Positions 1-8,049 of a DNA stretch of 12,058 bases are shown here, piece by piece. Numbering within the stretch: position 1 is the stretch's first letter; each line of letters begins with the position of its first letter. The stretch is taken from assembly GCA_038999215.1 (NCBI GenBank), contig JAWABM010000016.1, positions 1 through 12,058 of the forward strand, given 5' to 3'. The position numbers and the translations under genes are program-made. The notes beneath the pieces are model-generated. The model did not search any database, had not been told where the DNA came from, and saw only the letters and a program-made list of their open reading frames with translations. The DNA is from Candidatus Aenigmatarchaeota archaeon. GTDB lineage: Archaea > Aenigmatarchaeota > Aenigmatarchaeia > Aenigmatarchaeales > JACQIB01.

Positions 1-660
1 GTAGTTAGCCAAGCGCTCTGCACAAAGCAGGAACTCCTGAGGGTTCTTTATCTCCTCCAGCATGCCGGCATAAAGCACTATCTTCTTTCCTGCAGGCAGG
101 CCCAGCTTTTCTCTCAACAAAGCCTTGCCAGCAGACCTGATTTCCTCCGGGAGCTCCATCCCGTTCGGCACAACCCTTATTTTGCTCTCGTCTATTCCGG
201 TATCCCTTGCCAGATCAGCGAGCGCATTGCTGACGCATATGAGCACATCGGAAGAATTGACGACCCTTGAGAACAGGAATTTGCCGAAGGGCTTTTTGGC
301 CCATTTCTCGAGGTCAGAGCCGTGCGAAGTTATGACTACAGGGGCATCAGTGAATTTTTTAGAAATCACTGCCGCAGTCCCTGCGGGATGAATCGGATGG
401 GCATGAACGACATCAATCCTGCGCTTCAGCTTGCGGAGGGCAAGCATCGCTCCGATAAAATATGACAAACCGCGGAGAAAAAAGAGGTTTATAACTGGCA
501 CTTCAATTATCTCCATGCCTTCTTCCTTCCTGCCGAGCCTGCCGTAAGTTATCAGCGTCACGTCGTGCCCTCTCCTTCTCAGGCCCTCCGCAAGCGCCTT
601 CGCATGCGTGGCAATCCCGCCCTTGTGCGGCGGATAACGCGAAAGCAGGCATACCTTCAT
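1..660 (-). CDS. Glycosyltransferase family 4 (GT-B fold), 3'-truncated by the window edge
   Basis: Not in the ORF track; translated by hand from ATG at 660: MKVCLLSRYPPHKGGIATHAKALAEGLRRRGHDVTLIT...IDVVHAHPIHPAG...VVITSHGSDL...ICVSNALA...IRVVPNG...IVLYAGML. These are typical GT4 motifs. The frame is open to position 1. The start overlaps the upstream stop (ATGA, 657-660). Confidence 0.93.
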   Translation of the reverse strand, partial: MKVCLLSRYPPHKGGIATHAKALAEGLRRRGHDVTLITYGRLGRKEEGMEIIEVPVINLFFLRGLSYFIGAMLALRKLKRRIDVVHAHPIHPAGTAAVISKKFTDAPVVITSHGSDLEKWAKKPFGKFLFSRVVNSSDVLICVSNALADLARDTGIDESKIRVVPNGMELPEEIRSAGKALLREKLGLPAGKKIVLYAGMLEEIKNPQEFLLCAERLANY

Positions 661-1871
661 CTTGCCCATTTCAGACACCACAACCCTATCGCGAAAAACA
701 GGAACGCCAGATAATACTGGACTATTCCCGTATCTACCCATACCAGCAGTATTGAAAGGTTTATCGCATAAAGCCCGAGGAAGAAGCTGTTCCTCGTGGC
801 CCTATATATCCTGTGCGGCAACTCGCAGAAAAATCCGACAATGATTGACCCTAATATTACGCCTATAATTCCGAACTCGAGATAGAACGGTCCCACGAAC
901 GTCGACGAGTGCGACCTTGCGGCATTTATCACCATCTCTGAAGCTATCGCGCCTATGGGAGCTATGGGATAGCCGAAGAACTGCAGCAGGAAGGACTCGA
1001 GCCAGACCCTGCCGTATGTCAGGCCGAAAAGGCCGACGTTCTTTACCATGACCGAAAGCACGTAGAGCCCGAAGCCCGTCCTTGCGAACGACAACTCCTC
1101 CACTCCCAATACGCTGCCGCCGAATATCGTCAGCAGGCACTTTATCGCAAGCAGGCCAACGATGCAGACCGCAAGAACCGATGCCAGAAACCCGGTGCCT
1201 CTCCCCCTGTTCTGCAGATAAAAGAAGAACACCAGAGGGATGACGAAGATGACCAGGTCGGTTCTGAAGCCGGAAAACACCGACAGCAGGACTGAAAGCG
1301 CTGCGAACGGCAGGAAGACCTTCCTTTCCTTGTTCTTGATTGCGGTCATCGTCATCCCCATGACATAGAATATCATGGAGACGGACCAGAGGGGATTGTG
1401 ATAGTACGCCCTTGCAACGGGCGTGAAGAGCGGTATCCCGATCTGCATGTAGTTCAGCAGCAGCCCCAATATGCCGAGCACGAAGATGCCTGCCCAGAAA
1501 TCGTAGTTCGGCGCATGGAACGGCAATTTCTTTTCCATCTTCCAGAGCCTTCCACCATATCCTACCGCAACCGCAGAAACCATCAGGAGCGCTACGCCGA
1601 AGGACCACTCCAGCGGAAAAAGTATCGGCACGTTGGAAAGCGCGCCCGTGAATATGTAAAAACCGAATATTATCAGAAGCATCCTGGATGCGCTGAATTT
1701 CTCAGGGCCGATGTAATCCGCTAATTTTTCAAGAATCGCCGAACGGACAGCGAACCTCTTCTGAGGTGCATACTGCCTTTCCCTCTCGCAAAGGCTGCCT
1801 ACCACAAGGTTTGCTGTCGCGCCCAATCTGCTTATCCAGCTGTAAAGTTTCCTTTCCAAGGACTCTATCAT
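657..1871 (-). CDS. Wzy-like oligosaccharide repeat unit polymerase family membrane protein
   Basis: 404 aa with roughly ten hydrophobic segments. Motifs GIPLF..AR, SGFRT and STFVGPFYLEFGIIG resemble archaeal Wzy-like proteins. It is coupled to both neighbours by ATGA overlaps. Confidence 0.8.
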   Translation of the reverse strand: MIESLERKLYSWISRLGATANLVVGSLCERERQYAPQKRFAVRSAILEKLADYIGPEKFSASRMLLIIFGFYIFTGALSNVPILFPLEWSFGVALLMVSAVAVGYGGRLWKMEKKLPFHAPNYDFWAGIFVLGILGLLLNYMQIGIPLFTPVARAYYHNPLWSVSMIFYVMGMTMTAIKNKERKVFLPFAALSVLLSVFSGFRTDLVIFVIPLVFFFYLQNRGRGTGFLASVLAVCIVGLLAIKCLLTIFGGSVLGVEELSFARTGFGLYVLSVMVKNVGLFGLTYGRVWLESFLLQFFGYPIAPIGAIASEMVINAARSHSSTFVGPFYLEFGIIGVILGSIIVGFFCELPHRIYRATRNSFFLGLYAINLSILLVWVDTGIVQYYLAFLFFAIGLWCLKWAR

Positions 1872-2530
1872 TTAAGCACCAGGCACTTTTGCGACAGCGT
1901 TCTGCTGCCGATGACCCTGTACCCGAAGTCAGAAAGCGCGCTTTCAACGACGTCCGCGGAGAACCCGTGTGCGAAGGAGAACTCCAGCATGGCATGCATG
2001 CCATCGGCAGCACAGCTGACCTCTCCACCGAAGGAATCCCAAAGCTTTTTGGAAACGTAGCTGCAGACAACGCTGTCTGCATCCTTGTCCAAATCCAGAT
2101 ATAGCGTCTCTGTGGTGAAATCTGCGCCCTCGCAGCCTGCTTCAGCGAAGCGGTAAACGTCCGTAGGTTTCAGCGTTATTATGCTCGAAGTTATGTACGG
2201 GGTCTGCGGAGCCAGGCCTTCTGCAAGCGGGTTCTTCTCGTCCTTCTGGAAGATCGTCTGCACGCGAGCGCCGTCCCACACGTATATCCTCGTGGCGGTT
2301 GCATCGATGACAGGGCCCTTGACTGATTTCAGGCCGAAGTCCGAGCCTATGCCTGATATCTCGGCGTCCGCGCCATACCCCTTTCCTATCAGGGTCTTGT
2401 ATGTCATTGAGGCGCCGAAGAGGTCGTTGCCCTTTGTCTGGAAATACCTGGGCTCATTCAGCGAAAAATACACGAAGGTCACTATCAGGAGCACTATCAG
2501 GATATCCGTAACTGTTATCTTCATCTTCAT
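1868..2530 (-). CDS. Hypothetical protein with an N-terminal membrane anchor
   Basis: 220 aa with an N-terminal hydrophobic stretch (ILIVLLIVTFVYFSL). Strong SD GGGGAGTGAT immediately upstream of the ATG. The stop overlaps the Wzy-like start (ATGA, 1868-1871). Confidence 0.8.
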   Translation of the reverse strand: MKMKITVTDILIVLLIVTFVYFSLNEPRYFQTKGNDLFGASMTYKTLIGKGYGADAEISGIGSDFGLKSVKGPVIDATATRIYVWDGARVQTIFQKDEKNPLAEGLAPQTPYITSSIITLKPTDVYRFAEAGCEGADFTTETLYLDLDKDADSVVCSYVSKKLWDSFGGEVSCAADGMHAMLEFSFAHGFSADVVESALSDFGYRVIGSRTLSQKCLVLK

Positions 2531-2568
2531 ATCACTCCCCTTAATTCAACGGAAGCATAATATTTATA
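2531..2568 (-). promoter_or_regulatory. Archaeal promoter (TATA box) and SD for the hypothetical/Wzy/GT4 operon
   Basis: Minus-strand TATAAATA at 2568-2561 and GGGGAGTGAT at 2540-2531. Confidence 0.65.
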
Positions 2569-2570
2569 CC

Positions 2571-3143
2571 CTATTGCCCGAGCAACACGAGCAGCAGCTT
2601 GTCCACAGCCAGGTCGAGGTCGGTGTACGTCCTGCCTTCCTCGCTGAGATCCGGCCCCTCAACAATCACGGTGTTGTTGACCAAAGTTACCTGCGTTTTG
2701 GTCGCTCCGGCGCCGGGCCCTTTCATGAATATCACAGGCTCCTTTGCAGTCGCGTTCGCGAATACCTCTGCGCTGCTGTTGGCAGGCAGCGATTCTATGG
2801 GAAGAGATTCGCCGAACATCACGACATAAATAGTGCCCAGCTTGTAAGCAATCTCAAAACCGTCCACAGCGTAGTAGGAGTTTTCCGTGTCATTCGAGAT
2901 GAAGGCTATCCTCACCTTCTCCACGTCGGCTCCGAGCAGGACCTTCTTTATTTCGAGCTCCGAGGGGTATACGGGCACTTTCGCAGCCTCGTTAAGGTTC
3001 GCCCTGAACTCCACGTCCTTCTCTCCTATCTTCAATTTGTAAGGGTTTTGCGTCACGCAACCGGACGAAATGACAACTGCTACCAGAAGTAGTGCGATGA
3101 AGCGATAAGAATGAAAAAAAGGGAAAAAGGGGAATCGGCTCAT
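2571..3143 (-). CDS. Putative lipoprotein (hypothetical)
   Basis: 190 aa. The hydrophobic signal FIALLLVAVVI is followed by the lipobox-like SSGC. Four N-glycosylation sequons (NDT, NSS, NAT, NNT). No other ATG/GTG/TTG lies before the lipobox. Confidence 0.78.
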   Translation of the reverse strand: MSRFPFFPFFHSYRFIALLLVAVVISSGCVTQNPYKLKIGEKDVEFRANLNEAAKVPVYPSELEIKKVLLGADVEKVRIAFISNDTENSYYAVDGFEIAYKLGTIYVVMFGESLPIESLPANSSAEVFANATAKEPVIFMKGPGAGATKTQVTLVNNTVIVEGPDLSEEGRTYTDLDLAVDKLLLVLLGQ

Positions 3144-3155
3144 AAGCCTTACCCC
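3114..3155 (-). terminator. Hairpin plus oligo-T tracts, probable terminator of the S-layer gene
   Basis: Minus strand reads GGGGTAAGGCT-TATG-AGCCGATTCCCC followed by TTTTTCCCTTTTTTT, starting 13 nt after the S-layer stop. Confidence 0.6.
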
Positions 3156-3167
3156 ATTTCCAATCTC

Positions 3168-5276
3168 TTACGCGAGAGCCGTTATGCCCGTCGAGGTCAA
3201 GCTCGTTATCTTGACCTTCGTGTCGGTCTTTCCAGCCAGCAAGCCCTGCTGTACCGCGTCGGTTCCCATCCTTGTCTCAGTCCTTGTGGTTCCGGCTATC
3301 ACAACCGCTGTCTTGCCTGTTGTGAAGGCGTCCTTCACGACTGCGACAACTGCGAACTTTTCGGTCGGCCATGTCTTGCAGCTGTACGGGAACTTTCCTG
3401 CTGTCGCGAGCTCCTCAACGAGGCTGTTTGCGCAAGGCCCTCCGACCAATATGAGGTCCTTTGCTGTCTTGCTCACTTCGGTGTCTAGCTTCGCAACGCT
3501 GGACGTTATGGGTATCGCTTCCTTGTAGGTCGTTCCGCCTGTCGTGGCGGTCGCGCCCACAGGACCCACTGTTATTGTTCCCTTGACCTGCTCGGACGGC
3601 ACGTCGATATAGACCCTGTCGTTCTCGGCGTTCGATTTCGGACTCCTTATTATCGCTCCTGTGTTCGTCAGGACGTCCTCTTCCCTTGTGCCGAGCTCAT
3701 ATGTGCCGTACACAAAGTCGGTTGCATCCGCCGTAGCCGCGGTCGCTCCGAGACCGGTGAACGTTCCGCTAGATTCCTTCACTGTTATGTTTATGCTCTT
3801 AGCGGTCGGCGAGGTCTGCGTCTCTGTCAGCAACAGCTGGTTCGTAGTGTTGTACCACTTCATGTCATATGTCGTGTCCTGGTAGGTCAGGTCCGCGAAA
3901 TTGTCCCCGTCCGTTCCTGTCGCTCCGGCGTACTGCACCCTGTTGTTCGAGTCCACATAGTACACGTAGACATTTCCTGTCGACAGTGTGCTGTTGGACA
4001 GCAGGTATATGGTCTTTGTGTAGTCGTTCACGCTTCCTGTGTTCACATAGAACGCGTCCGTCGTGTCGGCTGTGGACAGCTTCAGGACTGTTGCCGAAGA
4101 GCTGCCTCCTCCGTATGACAGGTCCACTCCGGTCGTGTATTCTATCTTATACCTCGCATATGTTACAGGCGATATCTTGTCGAAGCTGATCTGCGCATAG
4201 TCGTTCGGGAACTTGAACACCGTACCAACCATCGGTGGATTGTCCGCATAGTTGTCCAGGTTCTTCACGAACTTCACGCTTATCTTGTGCTTCGCGTTGC
4301 CCGATGTCAATCCTGTGAGATCCCACTTCCAGTTCGGGTCGTTCTTGTCCTCGCCTATGTACGGATCGTCGTTCTGATAGGTCTTTGTTATGTCCGAGCC
4401 AAGCTGCAGGATTACCACGCTGTTCTCGGGTGTCTGAGACTGGTAAAGGATGCTCTTCACCTTCACCTTCAGCCCGTTTATCGTGGATTCCGTCGTGGTC
4501 GCTATGTCCGACACTCCGTCGACCGAAACGTCGACCGAATCCGAGCCTATTGTGTTGACCGTCACGGTCTTTCCGTCAACAGTCGCGGATTCTCCCTGCT
4601 TGAACCTCTTCTCTTCGGCTATTGTCGCCGTGAACTGGTTCGTTCCGACCGATGTTATTTTCAGGTCCTTTCCAAGCACTTTTATGGTCAGCGGATAGGT
4701 AGACGATATCTTCGTCGTGTTTATGTTCTCGTCGAAGGTAAAGTTGTACCTTACCCCACCATTGGCTATCTGCAGGAACGGCTTATCCTTGAACTCCTTG
4801 TCCACACCAGACGTACCAGTCACTTTTATCATCTGGTCTCCACTGTTGGCTATGATGATCTGTTCCTGGAAGTCATACTGGTCCGATCCGTCAGCGTTTG
4901 TCCAGCTGACCGAGCTGTCCGTGAGCACGCTCGGTATGGACGAATGCTTTATCACTTCCTTCAGGTTCCCGGAGCTCGTTACATTAACTCCGAAAACGAT
5001 GTCCTGCGATTCCACACCGGAAACTGCTCCGCCAACAGCCGTCTTTGTCTGGCCCGCTTCGGCCGCCAGCCTCACTCCGACATCGATGGCACCCACAACG
5101 TCCGCAGACGCTGCGTTCGCACCGACAACGATCGTCGGGAATGACACTGTGCTGTCGCTTACGCTGACCAGCTTGGTTATCTCTCCCACGTTGTTCTGCG
5201 CCAGGGCCGCTCCAGCCATCGTCATGCCAGCGACGAGTGCTGTTCCAGCCATAGCCGCAATTTTCCTGAATTGCAT
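3168..5276 (-). CDS. S-layer protein (Methanococcales/Thermococcales/DPANN type, with conserved N- and C-terminal domains)
   Basis: 702 aa, Thr/Ser/Val/Gly-rich. Signal peptide MQFRKIAAMAGTALVAGMTMAGAALA, N-terminal motif IVVGANAASADVVGAIDVG and C-terminal motif KLDTEV...LILVGGPCANSL...VVIAG are hallmarks of this family. SD AGGAGGT at 5291-5285. Confidence 0.92.
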   Translation of the reverse strand: MQFRKIAAMAGTALVAGMTMAGAALAQNNVGEITKLVSVSDSTVSFPTIVVGANAASADVVGAIDVGVRLAAEAGQTKTAVGGAVSGVESQDIVFGVNVTSSGNLKEVIKHSSIPSVLTDSSVSWTNADGSDQYDFQEQIIIANSGDQMIKVTGTSGVDKEFKDKPFLQIANGGVRYNFTFDENINTTKISSTYPLTIKVLGKDLKITSVGTNQFTATIAEEKRFKQGESATVDGKTVTVNTIGSDSVDVSVDGVSDIATTTESTINGLKVKVKSILYQSQTPENSVVILQLGSDITKTYQNDDPYIGEDKNDPNWKWDLTGLTSGNAKHKISVKFVKNLDNYADNPPMVGTVFKFPNDYAQISFDKISPVTYARYKIEYTTGVDLSYGGGSSSATVLKLSTADTTDAFYVNTGSVNDYTKTIYLLSNSTLSTGNVYVYYVDSNNRVQYAGATGTDGDNFADLTYQDTTYDMKWYNTTNQLLLTETQTSPTAKSINITVKESSGTFTGLGATAATADATDFVYGTYELGTREEDVLTNTGAIIRSPKSNAENDRVYIDVPSEQVKGTITVGPVGATATTGGTTYKEAIPITSSVAKLDTEVSKTAKDLILVGGPCANSLVEELATAGKFPYSCKTWPTEKFAVVAVVKDAFTTGKTAVVIAGTTRTETRMGTDAVQQGLLAGKTDTKVKITSLTSTGITALA

Positions 5277-5284
5277 TGTTTCTT

Positions 5285-5291
5285 ACCTCCT
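5285..5291 (-). promoter_or_regulatory. Shine-Dalgarno site of the S-layer gene
   Basis: AGGAGGT, 8 nt upstream of the ATG at 5276. Confidence 0.8.
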
Positions 5292-5465
5292 ATGTCTGTA
5301 TTTTGTTTCGATTTTCTTTGCGCGGTGTATGCGCTTACTTTTGGCGCCAATTTTTAGCGCACAAACCAAACGGTTTGCGTTTGGATCGCGCCAAAAAGGA
5401 TTACGTATTGTTCTTTCTCTCTTCGGCGCCACATTTTTTCTAGGATATCTATGTATCAGGGGGGA

Positions 5466-5473
5466 TATAAAAA
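5466..5473 (-). promoter_or_regulatory. Candidate TATA box of the S-layer gene
   Basis: Minus-strand TTTTTATA, the best TATA match I see in the 5277-5543 intergenic region. It implies a leader of about 160 nt. Confidence 0.5.
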
Positions 5474-5543
5474 TACCAAGAAACTGTTTCTATATGACCT
5501 AAAAAAGCTCTACTAATACATCAGAAATGCCTAATATTCATAA

Positions 5544-6482
5544 TTAGCGCTTCTGATTGTTTCCAGAGCCTTTTTGTTCCTTATTTTCGATATTGCGGCT
5601 CAAAAACACCTTATTTTTTCTTCCAAGACGCTCGGTTTTCACAATCCCCCTTTCCTCAAGGCTTTTCAGCAGTTTCGAGACTTTCGCCTTCGAGTAGCCG
5701 GATTCCTCGACCAGGGTCTTCTGATTGGTAAAGCCCTTCGAGCTCATCAGCTTCTCGACTATCATCTTCTCATCCTTCTTCAAAACAGGAATAAACATTT
5801 TCACTCCTATTTTCTGCCTGTAAATGTAGAAAGTGAAAGCAAGCAGACCTGCAATCACGACCAATGGCACCGCCAAAAACAAGAGTGGAAGCTCGCTGTT
5901 TGTCGCGCCTTTGATGCTCTCGTAAGTCGTTGATACATAAAGACCGTTGCCTGGGCCGACGTCATGCGTGCTCCATATTACTATCATTCTCCTGCCGTCG
6001 CTCGCATAAAGGCAATTGGAAGGAAGGCATGGCGCAAGATTGCTGTTCTGCTGGACCAGCACGCAGCCTTCCGGAAGATTGACCTTTATGTACAGGGTAT
6101 TGGCAACCACAGGCGTCCTGTAGTCAGATGAAAAAACCATTTTGCCATTGGATATTTTTATCAGGGAATTTGCCTTGTATCTTATTTCCATCTTGCCAGA
6201 TTGCAATTTGGTAAGATCGCAGGATATCTTCGAGATGGGGCCGTTTTCTATTCTGCAATTCATCTGCTTACCGTCTGCAAGAACAGAGACGTTGGTTATG
6301 TCAGAAAAGATGTTATATTCCAAATAATCGGTTGGGCCCACAAAATTTATATTGACAACATGATCGACCGTCCCGTCCTCCTTGACATCGGCTATTATGC
6401 CGAGATAATCTATCTGAACCGCCAGCGCTGGCTGGACCGCCAAGGCAAAGATGACCAACGAGCTCAGCAGCAGTTTTTTCAT
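5544..6482 (-). CDS. Membrane-anchored protein with an extracellular beta-rich domain and a C-terminal winged HTH (COG2512-like)
   Basis: Signal peptide MKKLLLSSLVIFALAVQPALA (ATG at 6482 preferred over GTG at 6491), a beta-rich ectodomain, a TM helix LLFLAVPLVVIAGLLAFTFYIY, then the wHTH LKKDEKMIV...QKTLVEESGYSKAKVSKLLKSLEERGIVKTERLGRKNKV. Confidence 0.85.
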   Translation of the reverse strand: MKKLLLSSLVIFALAVQPALAVQIDYLGIIADVKEDGTVDHVVNINFVGPTDYLEYNIFSDITNVSVLADGKQMNCRIENGPISKISCDLTKLQSGKMEIRYKANSLIKISNGKMVFSSDYRTPVVANTLYIKVNLPEGCVLVQQNSNLAPCLPSNCLYASDGRRMIVIWSTHDVGPGNGLYVSTTYESIKGATNSELPLLFLAVPLVVIAGLLAFTFYIYRQKIGVKMFIPVLKKDEKMIVEKLMSSKGFTNQKTLVEESGYSKAKVSKLLKSLEERGIVKTERLGRKNKVFLSRNIENKEQKGSGNNQKR

Positions 6483-6494
6483 TCTTACCACTTT

Positions 6495-6932
6495 TCACGG
6501 CTTGCCGTGAACAACCACTACGCCTCCGACTCCTGCGGCAGCGAACCTGTGTATCATTTCAGCGACGGAGTTGAGTATCGACTGCGCCTCGCCTATGTCG
6601 GTCGTAAGCTTCTTCGGCTCGAGTATCTCTATCGAGGAAGGCCCGAACTCTATGACGAACCCGACAAGGTCCTCGAATTTCTTCGATACCGCCTCCAGCT
6701 GCACGACCTGGGACCAACCCTCCTTCACGCCAGGGATGGGATTCTCCACCTTGCTGGCCTCCGAAGAATCCTTCCTGTATATCCTCACCCTCTTGTCCTC
6801 TTCCATTTTCTTCAGCAGGCTCTCGAGCGACTTCTTCGTGACGTCCTCGCTTATGGCCAGGGCTTCGAAAGCCAGCCAGACCCTTATCCATCCGTCCCTG
6901 ACCATGTCCTTTGCTTCGGATTCCGTAATCAA
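6495..6932 (-). CDS. Hypothetical archaeal protein (small alpha/beta fold)
   Basis: 145 aa. TTG start with SD GGTGA (6943-6939) and a TATA-like TTTTAATA (6974-6967). The motif FEDLVGFVIEFGPSSIEILEP resembles a family I recall from DPANN/Euryarchaeota (not verified). Confidence 0.8.
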   Translation of the reverse strand: MITESEAKDMVRDGWIRVWLAFEALAISEDVTKKSLESLLKKMEEDKRVRIYRKDSSEASKVENPIPGVKEGWSQVVQLEAVSKKFEDLVGFVIEFGPSSIEILEPKKLTTDIGEAQSILNSVAEMIHRFAAAGVGGVVVVHGKP

Positions 6933-6979
6933 GCGCGTTCACCTTTTATTAGGTTGAATCGGAAACTATTAAAACTTTG

Positions 6980-8011
6980 TCATTTGTTAGATGGAAACTG
7001 TTTCCGCAGCGACCACTTCATGCCGGCCAAAGGTATCTTCTGGCCACAGCCGCATTTGCCAGCCTTCAGGCCGATGCTCACTAGGCTGGAACCGAACCTT
7101 TCTATAACCACGCGCCCGCAGGAAGGGCACATGGTCGATTCGTGAACGTTTCCTGGAACGTTTCCGAGGTAAACGTAATTCAGGCCCTCTTTTTTTGCGG
7201 CTTCATAAGCCTTATCGAGCATACTGACATCGGTCCTGCCGGTGCAGACCTTGTAGGATGGGAAAAACTGGATGAAATGCAGAGGCACGTCCGGACCGAG
7301 GTTATCAGCAATCCATCTGCAGACCTTACTCGTTCTTTTGATATCCGATTCCGGCATTATCAAATCCGTAACCTCAAAAAACACCCCATTCTCCTTGTAG
7401 GCCATCATAGCATCATATATCGGCTGAACATCCGGCACCATCGACTGCTTCCTGTAAAAATCCGGATCAAGCGAGGATTTCAGGTCTATCACGGCGGCAT
7501 CAAGGAACGACGAGGCCTTCCTTATGGCCTCAGGCGTAGTGTAGCCGTTTGTGACGAAGATATTATACAGCCCTTTCTTTTTCGCAAGCAATGCCGTGTC
7601 CTGCGCATATTCGAAGAATATGGTTGGCTCGGTGTAGGTATAAGCCATGCCATGCAGGCCGTTCTCCAGGGCGACAGCGACCAGCTTCTCCGGCGGGGCG
7701 TCCTCGCCCCTTATTCCCTCCCATTCCTGCGAGATGGCATAATTGCAGCAGAAGCTGCAGCGGAAGTTGCAGCCGACTGTCGAAACTGAGAGGTTCAGCG
7801 ACCCCGGCGCGAAATGGAAGAGCGGCTTCTTCTCTATCGGATCGATGCCTATCGAGGAGGCCTTGCCGTAAACGAGCGAATAAAGCCTCCCCCCTTTGTT
7901 CTGGCGCACCCTGCAAACGCCGACGCCGCCTTCCGGTATCAAGCAGCGCCTGCAGCACAGGCCGCAGCGCACCGCCCCCGCCTCGGACTTCCAGAACAGG
8001 GCCTCTTTCAT
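6980..8011 (-). CDS. amrS: AmmeMemoRadiSAM system radical SAM enzyme
   Basis: Start reassigned to MKEALFW (ATG at 8011, 343 aa). N-terminal CGLCCRRC...GVCRVR, DPIEKKPLFHF, CxxxCxxC (CNFRCSFC), AYTYTEPT, VTNGY, and C-terminal YVYLGNV...CPSCG. Confidence 0.92.
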   Translation of the reverse strand: MKEALFWKSEAGAVRCGLCCRRCLIPEGGVGVCRVRQNKGGRLYSLVYGKASSIGIDPIEKKPLFHFAPGSLNLSVSTVGCNFRCSFCCNYAISQEWEGIRGEDAPPEKLVAVALENGLHGMAYTYTEPTIFFEYAQDTALLAKKKGLYNIFVTNGYTTPEAIRKASSFLDAAVIDLKSSLDPDFYRKQSMVPDVQPIYDAMMAYKENGVFFEVTDLIMPESDIKRTSKVCRWIADNLGPDVPLHFIQFFPSYKVCTGRTDVSMLDKAYEAAKKEGLNYVYLGNVPGNVHESTMCPSCGRVVIERFGSSLVSIGLKAGKCGCGQKIPLAGMKWSLRKQFPSNK

Positions 8012-8049
8012 AAAGATTATATACCTTCCGAGGTTTAAGTTATTCTTAT
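8012..8049. promoter_or_regulatory. Overlapping divergent promoters for amrS and tRNA-Thr
   Basis: 38-bp spacer with plus-strand TTATATAC (8017-8024) ahead of the tRNA and minus-strand CTTAAACC (8039-8032) ahead of an amrS ATG that has no SD. Confidence 0.5.

Noticed and set aside
802..1608. 268-aa Arg-rich alternate-frame ORF inside the Wzy-like gene
   Set aside because: Out-of-frame by-product of a hydrophobic, GC3-rich gene. No evidence of a frameshift.
2181..3092. 303-aa plus-strand ORF
   Set aside because: Antisense shadow spanning two minus-strand genes that have SD or signal features. No recognisable motifs.
4287..5502. 285-aa and 261-aa plus-strand ORFs
   Set aside because: Antisense shadows of the codon-biased S-layer gene.
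5544..6482. Locally lower GC in the wHTH gene (19/60 at 6121-6180) as a sign of horizontal transfer
   Set aside because: No boundary repeats or mobility genes, and it is tightly packed against its upstream neighbour. The evidence is too weak. It also shows that GC alone does not prove the right-end segment is foreign.
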